Shown: positions 1 through 9,456 of the stretch, piece after piece
Layout of the letters: each line of letters opens with the position of its first letter
Position numbering within the stretch: the stretch's first letter is position 1
Source of the DNA: Desulfosoma sp.
GTDB taxonomy: Bacteria > Desulfobacterota > Syntrophobacteria > Syntrophobacterales > DSM-9756
Length of the DNA stretch: 64,000 nt
Direction of reading: 5' to 3'
Assembly (NCBI GenBank): GCA_037481835.1
Contig: JBBFKW010000006.1
Span: 64,001 to 128,000 of the forward strand
Position numbers and translations under genes: made by a program
The notes under the pieces: generated by a model
The model's database searches: none
The model's input: the letters and a program-made list of their open reading frames with translations, nothing else
Told to the model about the DNA's origin: nothing

Positions 1-733
1 AGGCATTTCGGGAGAGATAGGCTTCTACGGCGTGGGTGAAAGCGTCCATGCCCGTCTGGGCGGTGAGTGCCGGCGGCATGCCGACCATGAGGGTCGGATC
101 GTTCACGGCCATAAGGGGGATGAGCCGCCAGTCCACGAGGGTCAGCTTGGTCTTCCTTTCCACATGGGTGATCACGGCAAACCGCGTGACCTCGCTGCCC
201 GTGCCCGCGGTGGTATTTACGGCGATGAGGGGCGGCAGGGCGCGCTTCAGCTTGTTGATGCCCACAAAGTCCCAGAGCACGCCGTCGTGAGCGGCCAGGA
301 CGCCGATGGCTTTCGCCGCGTCGTGGGCGCTGCCGCCTCCCAGGGAAATGATCATGGCGCCCCGGTGGGCTTGGTACAGCTCGTAGCCTTCCCTCACACA
401 CGCCTCGGTGGGGTTGGCTACGACGCCGTCGAAGACTTCCACCTCCAGTTTCGCCGCCTCCTGAAGGACCTTGAGGACTTCCCGGGCGATCCCCGCCGCC
501 ACGATGCCTTTGTCGGTGCACAAAACGGCCCGTTTTTCGGGGAAAGCCCTAAGATACCCGGCAATCTTTCCAAGCGCCCCGACCCCGAAGAGGCTCACCG
601 GTTGGGCGAAAAAGTCCGCGAATCGCGCCGTATCGCCCATCCAGACCCGAGACCCCGCCGGGCCGCCTCCTTGCCACATGCCGCCGCCCCAAAGGCCGGT
701 TCCGGCACCCGGGCCTTTTCCCGTCTCCGCCAT
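1..733 (-). CDS. Iron-containing alcohol dehydrogenase (runs off the left edge)
   Basis: Manual minus-strand translation from ATG 733 (GGAGG upstream): VFDGVVANPT...IISLGGGSAHDAAK...NTTAGTGSEVT...GMDAFTHAVEAY. Absent from the ORF track because no stop lies in the window. Confidence 0.9.
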   Translation of the reverse strand, partial: MAETGKGPGAGTGLWGGGMWQGGGPAGSRVWMGDTARFADFFAQPVSLFGVGALGKIAGYLRAFPEKRAVLCTDKGIVAAGIAREVLKVLQEAAKLEVEVFDGVVANPTEACVREGYELYQAHRGAMIISLGGGSAHDAAKAIGVLAAHDGVLWDFVGINKLKRALPPLIAVNTTAGTGSEVTRFAVITHVERKTKLTLVDWRLIPLMAVNDPTLMVGMPPALTAQTGMDAFTHAVEAYLSRNA

Positions 734-944
734 GGCTTCCTCCCCTCCCGCTACGCGGCCGGATTTTTCCAATTCCCTTGGCCGATTCTCCCGTATCGCC
801 CCCGTCCCTTGCGTGTCAACCCCCTGGAAGCGAGGCGCTTTGGCTTTTTCCCCGATCCCTGATTTTTTTCGCTGATCGGCGGGTCGGAACGGCTATATTA
901 CCGGGGTTCGTCATAAACCCTAGCGATGGTGAGGTTCACAGGAC

Positions 945-2762
945 ATGAAGACGTATGCCCATCTTTTCCTGGAGCGAGCGGAGCATGGCGGTGAGAAAAG
1001 AGCCCTTTTGTACCGGCGGGACGACCGATGGCACGAGATGACGTGGCGGGTGTTTTTGGACCAAATTCGCCGGACGGCCCAAGCCCTGGTTTCTCTCGGG
1101 GTGGAAGCGCAGGACCGCGTGGCCGTCTGGAGCCATAACCAACCCCGATGGACCGTCGCCGACGTGGCCTGTCAATGCGTTCGGGCCGTTTCGGTGCCCA
1201 TCTATCCCACCAACACGGCCCGCCAAGCGGCCTACATCCTCAAGGATTCCGAAGCCGAGGTGATCTTCGTCGGCTCTGAAGACCAACTGGCCCGAGCCCT
1301 ATCCGTCGTGGGTGAACTGCCGCACGTCAAGGCCGTGGTCCGCTTGGACGATGCACCCGAGGAGGCCTATTCGGAAAAAGTCATGGCCTTTGATCAGTTC
1401 CTGGCTTTGGGAGACTCCGCCTCCCTGGGCGATGCGGTTTCGACGCGCCTTGCCGAAGGCCGCCCCGAGGATCTCTTGACCCTCATCTACACCTCAGGCA
1501 CCACGGGAGACCCCAAAGGGGTGATGCTCACCCAATCCAACGTGCTCTACCAGATGACGTCGCACGAGGAACGGATCCCCCCGTGCGGTCAGGCCGACGT
1601 TTCCCTGTGCTTTCTTCCCCTTTCCCACGTGTTCGAAAGGACCTGGACCTATTATGTGTTTCACAAAGGGATGACCAACGCCTACCTGGACGACCCCAAG
1701 CAGGTGATGCACGCCCTGGCCCAGGTGCGCCCGACCATCATGTGCACGGTGCCGCGCCTCTTGGAAAAGATTTACGGAGGCATCCACGAAAAAGTGCAGT
1801 CGGCCCCGCCGCTGAGGCGCCGCCTCTTCCACTGGGCCGTCTCCGTGGGCGACGATGTTTTTCGGCGCCAAAAGGACGGCTTGGACGTTCCGGCGCCACG
1901 ACGCATACAGCACGGCCTGGCGTCCACCCTGGTTCTGAAGAAACTCCAAGGACTCTTCGGCGGCCGCATCCGGTTCATGCCGTGCGCGGGAGCGCCCCTT
2001 TCGGCCGAAATCTAGCGGTTTTTCTGCGCCGTCGGGGTTCCCATCGTGTGCGGCTACGGCCTGACCGAAACCACGGCCACCGTCACCTGCCATGAACCCA
2101 GAGGATTCTCCTTCGGCACGGTGGGGCGGCCTCTTCCCGGCCAGGACGTGCGCTTGGACCGCCGCACCCAGGAAATCTTGGTCCGAGGCCCCAACGTCAT
2201 GAAGGGCTACTACAACAAGCCGGAAGCCACCGCCGCGGTCTTCACGGAAGACGGCTATTTTCGCACGGGGGACGCCGGCACTTTCGACGCCTACGGGGAA
2301 CTCATCATCACGGACCGGATCAAGGATCTTTTCAAGACCTCGGGAGGCAAATACATCGCCCCGCAGATGATCGAGACGCTCATCGGCGCCGACCCCGCCG
2401 TGGAGCAGATCGCCGTGGTGGGGGAAGGCCGAAAATGCGTCACGGCCCTCATCGTGCCCAGCTTTGAAAACCTGGAAAGTTTCCTGACCGAGAAGGGACT
2501 CCGGGGATTGCCCCGGGAAGACCTGGTGCGGCACCCGCTCGTCGTGGAATTCTACGGCCGCAAGATCGACGAGCTCACGCGCGAACTGGCGCCGCACGAA
2601 AAGATCGTGCGCTTTACGCTCCTGCCCAAGGAATTCTCTTTGGAAGACGGGGAGATGACCCCCACGTTGAAGCTCAAGCGCAAGGCCATCCTGGAACGTT
2701 ACGCCTCCGTCATAGAAGCCATGTACCGGGACATCGACCAATCCCGAGGAAAAGGCTCGTGA
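945..2762 (+). pseudogene. Long-chain fatty acid-CoA ligase interrupted by a single in-frame TAG at 2013-2015
   Basis: ORFs 945-2015 and 2046-2762 share a frame; AMP-binding motifs YTSGTTGDPKG, GYGLTET and FRTGDAG; reads GAPLSAEI*RFFCAVGVPIVCGYGLTET across the stop. Confidence 0.8.
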
Positions 2763-2968
2763 AGCCCACCCATGGATCCTTGGGCTCGCCCGCCGCGCGC
2801 CCACGGCGGGCGCCGTGCCCCGCAATCCATATCCATGCAGGAGCGGTCCTATCCGTTCTTGTCCCGGTTAAGGCCGCTTGTGCAGCCGCCCGAAAGAGCC
2901 GCTCTTTCCCCTTCCGGGCTCGACGATGGCCGAAGGAATCCCGAAAGGAAGCCGGATCTTTAAGGTTT

Positions 2969-3448
2969 TCATCCGGTATGGTCCGCCGCGTCCGAAACGG
3001 CGGCTTCAATGCCGCCGGTAAGGCTCAGAAGCTGCTCCACGGTGATGGGCACGGCGGAACGGTCGTTCCCGGCGGCGGCGTAGACGCGGGGAAACCGGCG
3101 CATGGCGCTGTCGATGACGATTTTGACCGAAGGCGGCAACAGGAAGGGACAGACGCCTCCGGGGGCATAGCCCGTGTAGCGCAGGACTTCGTCCTGCCCC
3201 GGAAGGCGCACCTTTCCCGTGAGCCCTGCCGCCTGCTTCAGCCGGGATCCCTTGATCCGCCGGTCTCCGCAGGTGACCGCCACCACGGGCTGATCCCCCA
3301 CGACGAAGAGGATGCTCTTGGCGATTTCCGCGACACTGCACCCCACGGCCTTGGCCGCCGTCTCCGAAGTGGGGGTGAGTTCCTCGAACTCCCGAACCTC
3401 AATGCCCTGCTTTATGAGGTAGGCTTTCACGTCCGCGATGCTGGGCAT
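2969..3448 (-). CDS. YbaK/EbsC family aminoacyl-tRNA deacylase
   Basis: IAKSILF, TGYAPGGVCPF and VYAAAG motifs; GAGGAG RBS. Confidence 0.88.
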   Translation of the reverse strand: MPSIADVKAYLIKQGIEVREFEELTPTSETAAKAVGCSVAEIAKSILFVVGDQPVVAVTCGDRRIKGSRLKQAAGLTGKVRLPGQDEVLRYTGYAPGGVCPFLLPPSVKIVIDSAMRRFPRVYAAAGNDRSAVPITVEQLLSLTGGIEAAVSDAADHTG

Positions 3449-4154
3449 GGTCTCCTCTTTCCTTCAGCCCCTGTTCGATTTGGGTCAAGATGTCCGCCGC
3501 AAGCCGCTGCGGATCTTCGGCGTCCCGGATGGGACGGCCCACGACGATGTGATCCGCCCCCGAGGCGAAGGCGCGGCGGGCGTCCACGGTTCGTTTCTGG
3601 TCGTCCACGTTGGCCACGGGACGGATGCCGGGAGCGACCACGAGAAAGCCGCCGCCCAACTCGCGGCGAAGCCTGGGGATTTCCAGCCCCGAAGAGATGA
3701 GGCCGTCGCAACCCAGGGCCAGGGCCCGCCGAGCCCGCGAGAGCACCAGGTCCTCCACCGAGCATGAAAACCCCAGATCGCGTAAATCCCCTTCATCCAG
3801 GCTCGTCAAAGCCGTCACAGCCAAGATTTTCACCGACCCCTTGGCTTCCACGGCCGCTTTGAGCATGCCGTCGTTGCCGTGCACGGTGGTGAAGGCCACG
3901 TTTCTCTCGGCCACCTGGGCCGTGGCCCGCCGCACTGTTTCGGGCACATCGAAGAGTTTCAGGTCGAGAAACACCTTGGCACCCCGGTTCTGGATCCATT
4001 CCACCATGGGGAATCCGCCGGCGAGAAACAGTTCGAAGCCCACCTTGAAAAACCCCACCTGATCTTCGAGCCGCTCAACCCAACGCTTGGCCTCTTCGGG
4101 CGACGGCAGGTCCAGGGCGAAAATAAGCCGTTCACGCAACGGAATGGTGTCCAC
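3399..4154 (-). CDS. pyrF: Orotidine-5'-phosphate decarboxylase
   Basis: LIFALD, FKVG, VFLDLKLFDVPETV, PGIRP and IVVGRPI motifs. Confidence 0.95.
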   Translation of the reverse strand: MDTIPLRERLIFALDLPSPEEAKRWVERLEDQVGFFKVGFELFLAGGFPMVEWIQNRGAKVFLDLKLFDVPETVRRATAQVAERNVAFTTVHGNDGMLKAAVEAKGSVKILAVTALTSLDEGDLRDLGFSCSVEDLVLSRARRALALGCDGLISSGLEIPRLRRELGGGFLVVAPGIRPVANVDDQKRTVDARRAFASGADHIVVGRPIRDAEDPQRLAADILTQIEQGLKERGDHAQHRGRESLPHKAGH

Positions 4155-5417
4155 TCACGCCTCCATGCCGAAAAAGTTCATAAGGACGAAATGCAGGCAC
4201 CGGCGCAGCACACCATAGGAAAAATGCCGGTGCGCCAGCCGGTAGTTGTGTTCCACCATGGCCCGGCACCGCTCTTCCGATTGGAGCACGTTCCGGATGC
4301 GGGCCACCAGCCGGCGGCTCACGTAGCCGTCCATGATGAGAAGGTCGAACCCCAGGGGCTCGATGTCCCGCACGAAGGTGGCGTAGCGGTTGACCACCAG
4401 GGGTTTACGGAAATAGATGGCTTCGAGAAAGGCGTTCCCGAACCCTTCGTAGAGGCTCGGGTACGTGATGAGGTCCGCATGGGGGTAGATGTCCCACAGG
4501 GCGATGCCGTCTTGGGGCGGAGGGGTTTCCACCCACGGGTCCACCACGTGGGTTCCCAGGAAGGTCAGGGACACCCCGTGCTGTCTCGCCTGGTTCTGGA
4601 GCCACGAGGCATAGTCCGGGTCCACCTCGCCCGCCTGGTGGGTGATGAGGAGTCGATAGCCCAGGTCTTTCAATGCCCCGGCGATTTCCACGGCATGCTC
4701 GATCCCCTTGCGGCGGATGACCCGGGTCGGCTGCACGATGAGCTTGTCTTCGGGGTCGAAGCCCAGCGTGCGGCGCAATTCCCGGCCCCCTTCCGGATCC
4801 GGCTCGGGCGGATGGTCGAAATCCAGCACGTTGGGAATGACAAAAGAAGAGACTCCGCGCCGATGGGCCAAGTCTTCGTGGGCGGCTGAACTGATGACCA
4901 CGTGCTGGATGGTGGGCAAAGCCGGCGGGAAAGCCATGGACAGGAAGTCCCGCACGCAGTTGACCGCACAGCGGCTCTGTTCCCAGTAGAACTCGTGGTG
5001 GTGGGCAATGGTGGGCAGTTTCCGCTCGGCAATGACTTCGGTGAGGGCCAGGCCCAGGGGGATGTGCAGGGGACTCGCCAGAGCGTTTTCCACGACGAGC
5101 AGGCGGATATCGAAGGTCTTGAGAAAGTCGCAGAGCCTTTGCTTGAGCAGGGAGCGATAGTCGTGGATCTTCTGGGTCAGTTCAGGGGAACGGATTTCAC
5201 GGCCGAAAGCGTGGGCCTGAATCCATTGGTTTTCCGGATGCAGGAAATGGGCTTCGGGAACCACCATGGACCGTGACGGATCCTTGTGAACTTCGCCCCC
5301 CCACCAGAAACATTCATACCCGCATTCGCGAAGCACATCCGCCCATTTGCCGGCTTCCATGGTCACGCCGTCGGCTGCGGTAAACCGGGTGGACACAAAA
5401 CCGATATGGGTCGCCAT
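4155..5417 (-). CDS. GT4 glycosyltransferase, mannosylglucosylglycerate synthase (MggS)-like
   Basis: Start MATHIGFVSTRF; DGVTMEAGKW, AHHHEFYWE, PTRVIRRKGIE and YPSLYEGFGNAFLEA resemble Thermotogales MggS as I recall it. Confidence 0.7.
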   Translation of the reverse strand: MATHIGFVSTRFTAADGVTMEAGKWADVLRECGYECFWWGGEVHKDPSRSMVVPEAHFLHPENQWIQAHAFGREIRSPELTQKIHDYRSLLKQRLCDFLKTFDIRLLVVENALASPLHIPLGLALTEVIAERKLPTIAHHHEFYWEQSRCAVNCVRDFLSMAFPPALPTIQHVVISSAAHEDLAHRRGVSSFVIPNVLDFDHPPEPDPEGGRELRRTLGFDPEDKLIVQPTRVIRRKGIEHAVEIAGALKDLGYRLLITHQAGEVDPDYASWLQNQARQHGVSLTFLGTHVVDPWVETPPPQDGIALWDIYPHADLITYPSLYEGFGNAFLEAIYFRKPLVVNRYATFVRDIEPLGFDLLIMDGYVSRRLVARIRNVLQSEERCRAMVEHNYRLAHRHFSYGVLRRCLHFVLMNFFGMEA

Positions 5418-5493
5418 AAAAACTCCCGCAGAAGGGTTGATCTGTGACGGAAATTGTGCCCATACTCGGCCCAAAAAGCAAGGACGGCTCTCC

Positions 5494-7107
5494 ATGGCGA
5501 GTCCACAAAACCTCATCGTCTTTCATTACCATCTGCTTCGGGGCGGGGTGCGCACCGCGCTCCTGCGAAGCCTCCAGTGCCTCGCCCACGAAGGGTGGGC
5601 CACCGGCCGGCGAATCACCCTGGCCGTGGGCCGTGCCGACGGGGCGCGGAGTTTCGCGCGCACCTTGGCGACGCTCGTCCCCGATGTGTCCGTCATCGTG
5701 GATCCCCGGCTGGACTACCGAGAGGAGCCGTGGCCCGACGCCGCGAGCTTTTCCCAAGACGTGCGGGCCTTGAGAGACGCCATGCTGTCCTGGGCCGGCG
5801 GGTCGGCTCTTTTTTGGCTGCACAACCCCACCTTGGGCAAGAATGCGGCGGTCACCGCCGCATGGAGGGACGCGGCCCGCAGGGCCTGGGCCGACGGTCT
5901 TGACTGCCGTTTCCTGTATCATATCCACGACTTTCCCGAATGCGGGCGCACGGCCAACATGGAACGGCTCCGGAACTGCTGGAATCAGGGCGGCCTCGTC
6001 GACCTCTATCCTGCGGTTCCCAACACGGCCTACGCCGTGCTCAATTCTAGGGACCGAAACCGGCTCGTGCGCTGCGGCCTGCCTCCCGAGCGGGTTTTTT
6101 GGCTGCCCAACGTGCTCATCCCTTCGTCGAGCCCGCCCGCTCCTCTCCAGGATACCCGCCGCAAAGCCATGGAAGCGGCCCTCGCGAACTACGCCCTGGC
6201 CCACGCCTACCTTTTCGACCCCTCCCGGCCCCGATGGCTTCTTCCCATCCGGCTCATCCGAAGAAAAAACGTCATGGAAGCCCTCCTTCTTTCGGCCCTC
6301 ACTCCCGAAGCCCCTCAGCTCCTCGTCACCTTGGATGCCACGTCGGCCCAGGAAAAACCCTACGCCGAAGCGCTCAAGCAGTTCGTCCGGCACAAGCGGT
6401 TGCCCTGCGTCATCGGCTTCGGCACCGAACTGGTCGGGACGGCCTTTTCCTTCGAAGAACTCATGATGTTCTGCGACGCCGTCGTCACCACCTCCCTCCT
6501 GGAAGGCTTCGGCTTCGCCTTCCTGGAAGGCCCGCTCCAAGGCCGCCCCCTTCTCGGCAGAAATCTTCCTGACGTCACGGCCGATTTTGCCGCCGTCGGG
6601 TTTCCCAGCCACCGCCTCTACGACACCCTTCCCGTGCCGCTGCAAGACCGCCACCGGATCCGCCTCTTGGACAAAGGCCGGCGGTTCGCCGCACGTTATG
6701 CGAAGATCGTCCGGACCCTTTCCCGGGAAGACCTGGATCGGTTCACATCGCGGCTTGAGGCCGTCTACGGCGGTGCTTCCGTGGATTTCGGCATGCTGGA
6801 TTTCGAGGCGCAGCGCGACCTTGTGGGAGAGGCCCTGATCGGGGGGCTGGATGGAGTTTTCCCCGAATCGATGGAGCCGGTCCGGATGGATGAGGAAGCT
6901 TCCAGGGCTTTTTTCGCCCGGTTCGGCCCTACGGCCCACGCCCGGCGGCTCACGGACGCCTTCAATGCTTTGTGGGCGGCGGATCGCACCACGCAGGAGG
7001 ACCGGCCCGCTCGGGGGGAGATCGAAGGCGAACCCGATGTGAATGCATGCGTGAGTGCCCTCTTTTTCGATCCCGTGTACCAGAGGCCGCTATTCGGAGG
7101 ATGGTGA
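5494..7107 (+). CDS. Glycosyltransferase, mannosylglucosyl-3-phosphoglycerate synthase (MggA)-like
   Basis: FHYHLLRGGV, WLHNPTLGKN, HIHDFPECGR, PIRLIRRKNVMEA and TSLLEGFGFAFLE; upstream of a gpgS-like gene. Confidence 0.7.
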   Translation: MASPQNLIVFHYHLLRGGVRTALLRSLQCLAHEGWATGRRITLAVGRADGARSFARTLATLVPDVSVIVDPRLDYREEPWPDAASFSQDVRALRDAMLSWAGGSALFWLHNPTLGKNAAVTAAWRDAARRAWADGLDCRFLYHIHDFPECGRTANMERLRNCWNQGGLVDLYPAVPNTAYAVLNSRDRNRLVRCGLPPERVFWLPNVLIPSSSPPAPLQDTRRKAMEAALANYALAHAYLFDPSRPRWLLPIRLIRRKNVMEALLLSALTPEAPQLLVTLDATSAQEKPYAEALKQFVRHKRLPCVIGFGTELVGTAFSFEELMMFCDAVVTTSLLEGFGFAFLEGPLQGRPLLGRNLPDVTADFAAVGFPSHRLYDTLPVPLQDRHRIRLLDKGRRFAARYAKIVRTLSREDLDRFTSRLEAVYGGASVDFGMLDFEAQRDLVGEALIGGLDGVFPESMEPVRMDEEASRAFFARFGPTAHARRLTDAFNALWAADRTTQEDRPARGEIEGEPDVNACVSALFFDPVYQRPLFGGW

Positions 7108-8063
7108 TGGAACGGTGGCGGGATTGGCTCTCAGCCCATGTTTCTCGAAAACCCGCACCCACGGCGGAAGCCGGCTCCGTGCCGCGTCTTGACCCCAAAC
7201 CCCGCGTGGTCCTTTTCGATATCTACGGCACGCTCCTCGCCGCACGGCACGGAGATTTGGAAGCCCAGGTGCGCAATCGCCCGGCCGAGGAAAGCTTTGT
7301 GGAAACGGCTCGTTTTTTCGGCTTTTCCGAAGAAGACGGCCTGGCGTGGGCGGAAGGCTTCTTTCGGGCGGTAAAAGAAGAGCACGAGCGGTGCCGAGCC
7401 ATGGGGATCGGACGGGCGGAGGTGCTCGTCGAACGCATCTGGGAAGAGCTCCTGCGGAGTGTGCCCGATCCGCCGCCCACTCTGCCGGATCCCTTGGATG
7501 CGGCCTTGTACCGGGAACTCAAGGCCAACCCGGTTTCGCCTTACGAAGGCGCCGCCGAGGCGTTGGCGGCCTTGCACAGGGAAGGCTACCTCCTGGGGGT
7601 GGCGTCCAACGCCCAGTTTTACACGGTGCCCATTTTGGAATATGCCCTCGGCGGCGAAGGGCGCCTTTTTCCCGGTGCCGAACCCCTCGGGCCCGCCGAA
7701 GGCGAGGGCGAGACGGCGGCCCTGACGTGGGAAAAGCCCCTCTCGGAGGGCGCTTCGGAAACCGCTCCGGAAGCCCTTTTCCATCCCGACTGGATTTTCT
7801 TCTCTTTCCACCTAGGCTTCGCCAAACCCGATCCCCATTTCTTCCGGCTCGTCGCCACGCGGGCACGGCGCTGCGGCTGGAACCCCGAAGAGGTGCTCGT
7901 GGTGGGAAACGATCCCGTCAACGACATGGAAGCCGCCCGATTGCACGGCATCCAAGCCGTTTTGTTTTCGCCCGCCCCGACCGCGACGCCGCTCGGCGCC
8001 TCGTGGTCCGGGCCGAGTGTGCATCGGTTCGACGCGCTGGTGCAGGCCCTGATCGGCCGCTGA
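7107..8063 (+). CDS. HAD-superfamily hydrolase (candidate phosphatase of the GG/MGG pathway)
   Basis: VLFDIYGTLL, SNAQ, AKPDP and VGNDPVND; TGATG coupling with the upstream gene. Confidence 0.85.
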   Translation: MERWRDWLSAHVSRKPAPTAEAGSVPRLDPKPRVVLFDIYGTLLAARHGDLEAQVRNRPAEESFVETARFFGFSEEDGLAWAEGFFRAVKEEHERCRAMGIGRAEVLVERIWEELLRSVPDPPPTLPDPLDAALYRELKANPVSPYEGAAEALAALHREGYLLGVASNAQFYTVPILEYALGGEGRLFPGAEPLGPAEGEGETAALTWEKPLSEGASETAPEALFHPDWIFFSFHLGFAKPDPHFFRLVATRARRCGWNPEEVLVVGNDPVNDMEAARLHGIQAVLFSPAPTATPLGASWSGPSVHRFDALVQALIGR

Positions 8064-8088
8064 GAGAGTGCTGGGAAAGGAGCCCTAA

Positions 8089-9456
8089 ATGTCCAATTTT
8101 GCCCAAAAGCATACAAAAATCGCCACCTTCTACCTGCTCACCCAGGGCCACTCCAAGATGAAGGAAGAACTCATCCACCATTCCCGGTGGAAGAAGACGG
8201 TGCTGGTGGTCCCCTTGCTGGCCAGCGAATTTACCGATCCGGAAAATCGCCCCGTTTTCGAAAACATCCTGGATGAGCTGCGCCACGCGCCGTACATCTC
8301 CCGCATCCTGTTCGGCCTGGACGGGGCGACGGAAGAGGAGGCGCGCGAACTGTGGGGCATGGCCCGCCACCGCGGCTTGCAGAACACCCTGGTGGTCCAC
8401 AATGACGGGCCGGGTTTCCGAGGCATCTACGATCAGCTGTCCCAGGCCGGTTTCGCTTTGGACGTGCGCGGCAAAGGCCGCAACATGTTCCTGTCCTTCG
8501 GGATCGCCATGGCTCTGGGCGCGCAGACCGTGGCCCTCGTGGATGCCGATATCCGAACCTTCACCTGCGAACAGCTGGATCGGCTCATCTATCCGGTCCA
8601 AGTGTTGAACTACCAGTTTTCCAAGGCCTTTTACGCGAGACTGAAAAACGGAGAGCTTTACGGCCGGGTCAAGCGCCTGCTCCTGGATCCCCTCCTCATC
8701 GCCCTCAAACGCAAGTTCACCGAAAGCCAGGAAGAAAAAGTCCTTCGCCTCGTGGATTTCCTCCTCACGTTCAATTACCAGCTTTCCGGCGAAGTCGTCT
8801 TCGACATGAGCCTCCTCAAGCGCATGCATTTTGCCATGAACTGGGGGGTGGAAATTTTCACTCTCATCGAAGTCTATCGAAAAGCCAACACCATCGCCCA
8901 GGTGGAAATTTCCCACGAACCCTTCGACCACAAGCACCAGCCCGTCTCCCCCGAGGACAAGGACCGGGGCCTGCACAAGATGGCCATCGATATCGTGACG
9001 ACGCTCCTGAGCGCTCTCGTCATCGAAGAGGGCTTGGAGATTTCCGACCACTTCATTCGCGATCTCACCCTCACCTACATCAACGTGGCCGATACGCTCA
9101 TCAAGATGTACGCGGACAACGCCGCCTTCTGCGGGCTGGACTACGACCCGGACCGGGAGGAAGCCATGGTCCACGGCGTGTTCAAAAACGCCGTCCTCTA
9201 TGCCGGCGACCTGCTCCTGTCCCCCTATCGGCTCGCGGACCGGTTCGCCTCTTTCGTGGGAAGCCAGCCGGCTTTCCAGCCCTATGTGGCCTCGGGGCTC
9301 ATCCAAACCATCCACCAATGCGCCCAGCAGGCCCGGACCCAGCTTTTTGAAACACCGCAGACCGTGTCCTGGGATCGGGTGCTCCGCAAGGTGCCGGGAA
9401 TCATCTACGACATCATCAACGTGGTGGAGACTGAAAAGCAGAAGTTCGCGCCGTGA
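8089..9456 (+). CDS. gpgS: Glucosyl-3-phosphoglycerate synthase-like glycosyltransferase
   Basis: GKGRNMF, VDADIRT, FSKAFYAR, LYGRVKRLLLDPLL, YQLSGE, WGVEI and FDHKHQ motifs. Confidence 0.75.
   Translation: MSNFAQKHTKIATFYLLTQGHSKMKEELIHHSRWKKTVLVVPLLASEFTDPENRPVFENILDELRHAPYISRILFGLDGATEEEARELWGMARHRGLQNTLVVHNDGPGFRGIYDQLSQAGFALDVRGKGRNMFLSFGIAMALGAQTVALVDADIRTFTCEQLDRLIYPVQVLNYQFSKAFYARLKNGELYGRVKRLLLDPLLIALKRKFTESQEEKVLRLVDFLLTFNYQLSGEVVFDMSLLKRMHFAMNWGVEIFTLIEVYRKANTIAQVEISHEPFDHKHQPVSPEDKDRGLHKMAIDIVTTLLSALVIEEGLEISDHFIRDLTLTYINVADTLIKMYADNAAFCGLDYDPDREEAMVHGVFKNAVLYAGDLLLSPYRLADRFASFVGSQPAFQPYVASGLIQTIHQCAQQARTQLFETPQTVSWDRVLRKVPGIIYDIINVVETEKQKFAP

Noticed and set aside
340..380. Apparent frameshift in the Fe-ADH gene
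   Set aside because: Re-reading gives CAC CGG GGC GCC ATG ATC in frame; the gene is intact within the window.
3399..3448. 50-nt overlap of pyrF with ybaK
   Set aside because: Most likely a short C-terminal extension from stop-codon drift; no further signal.
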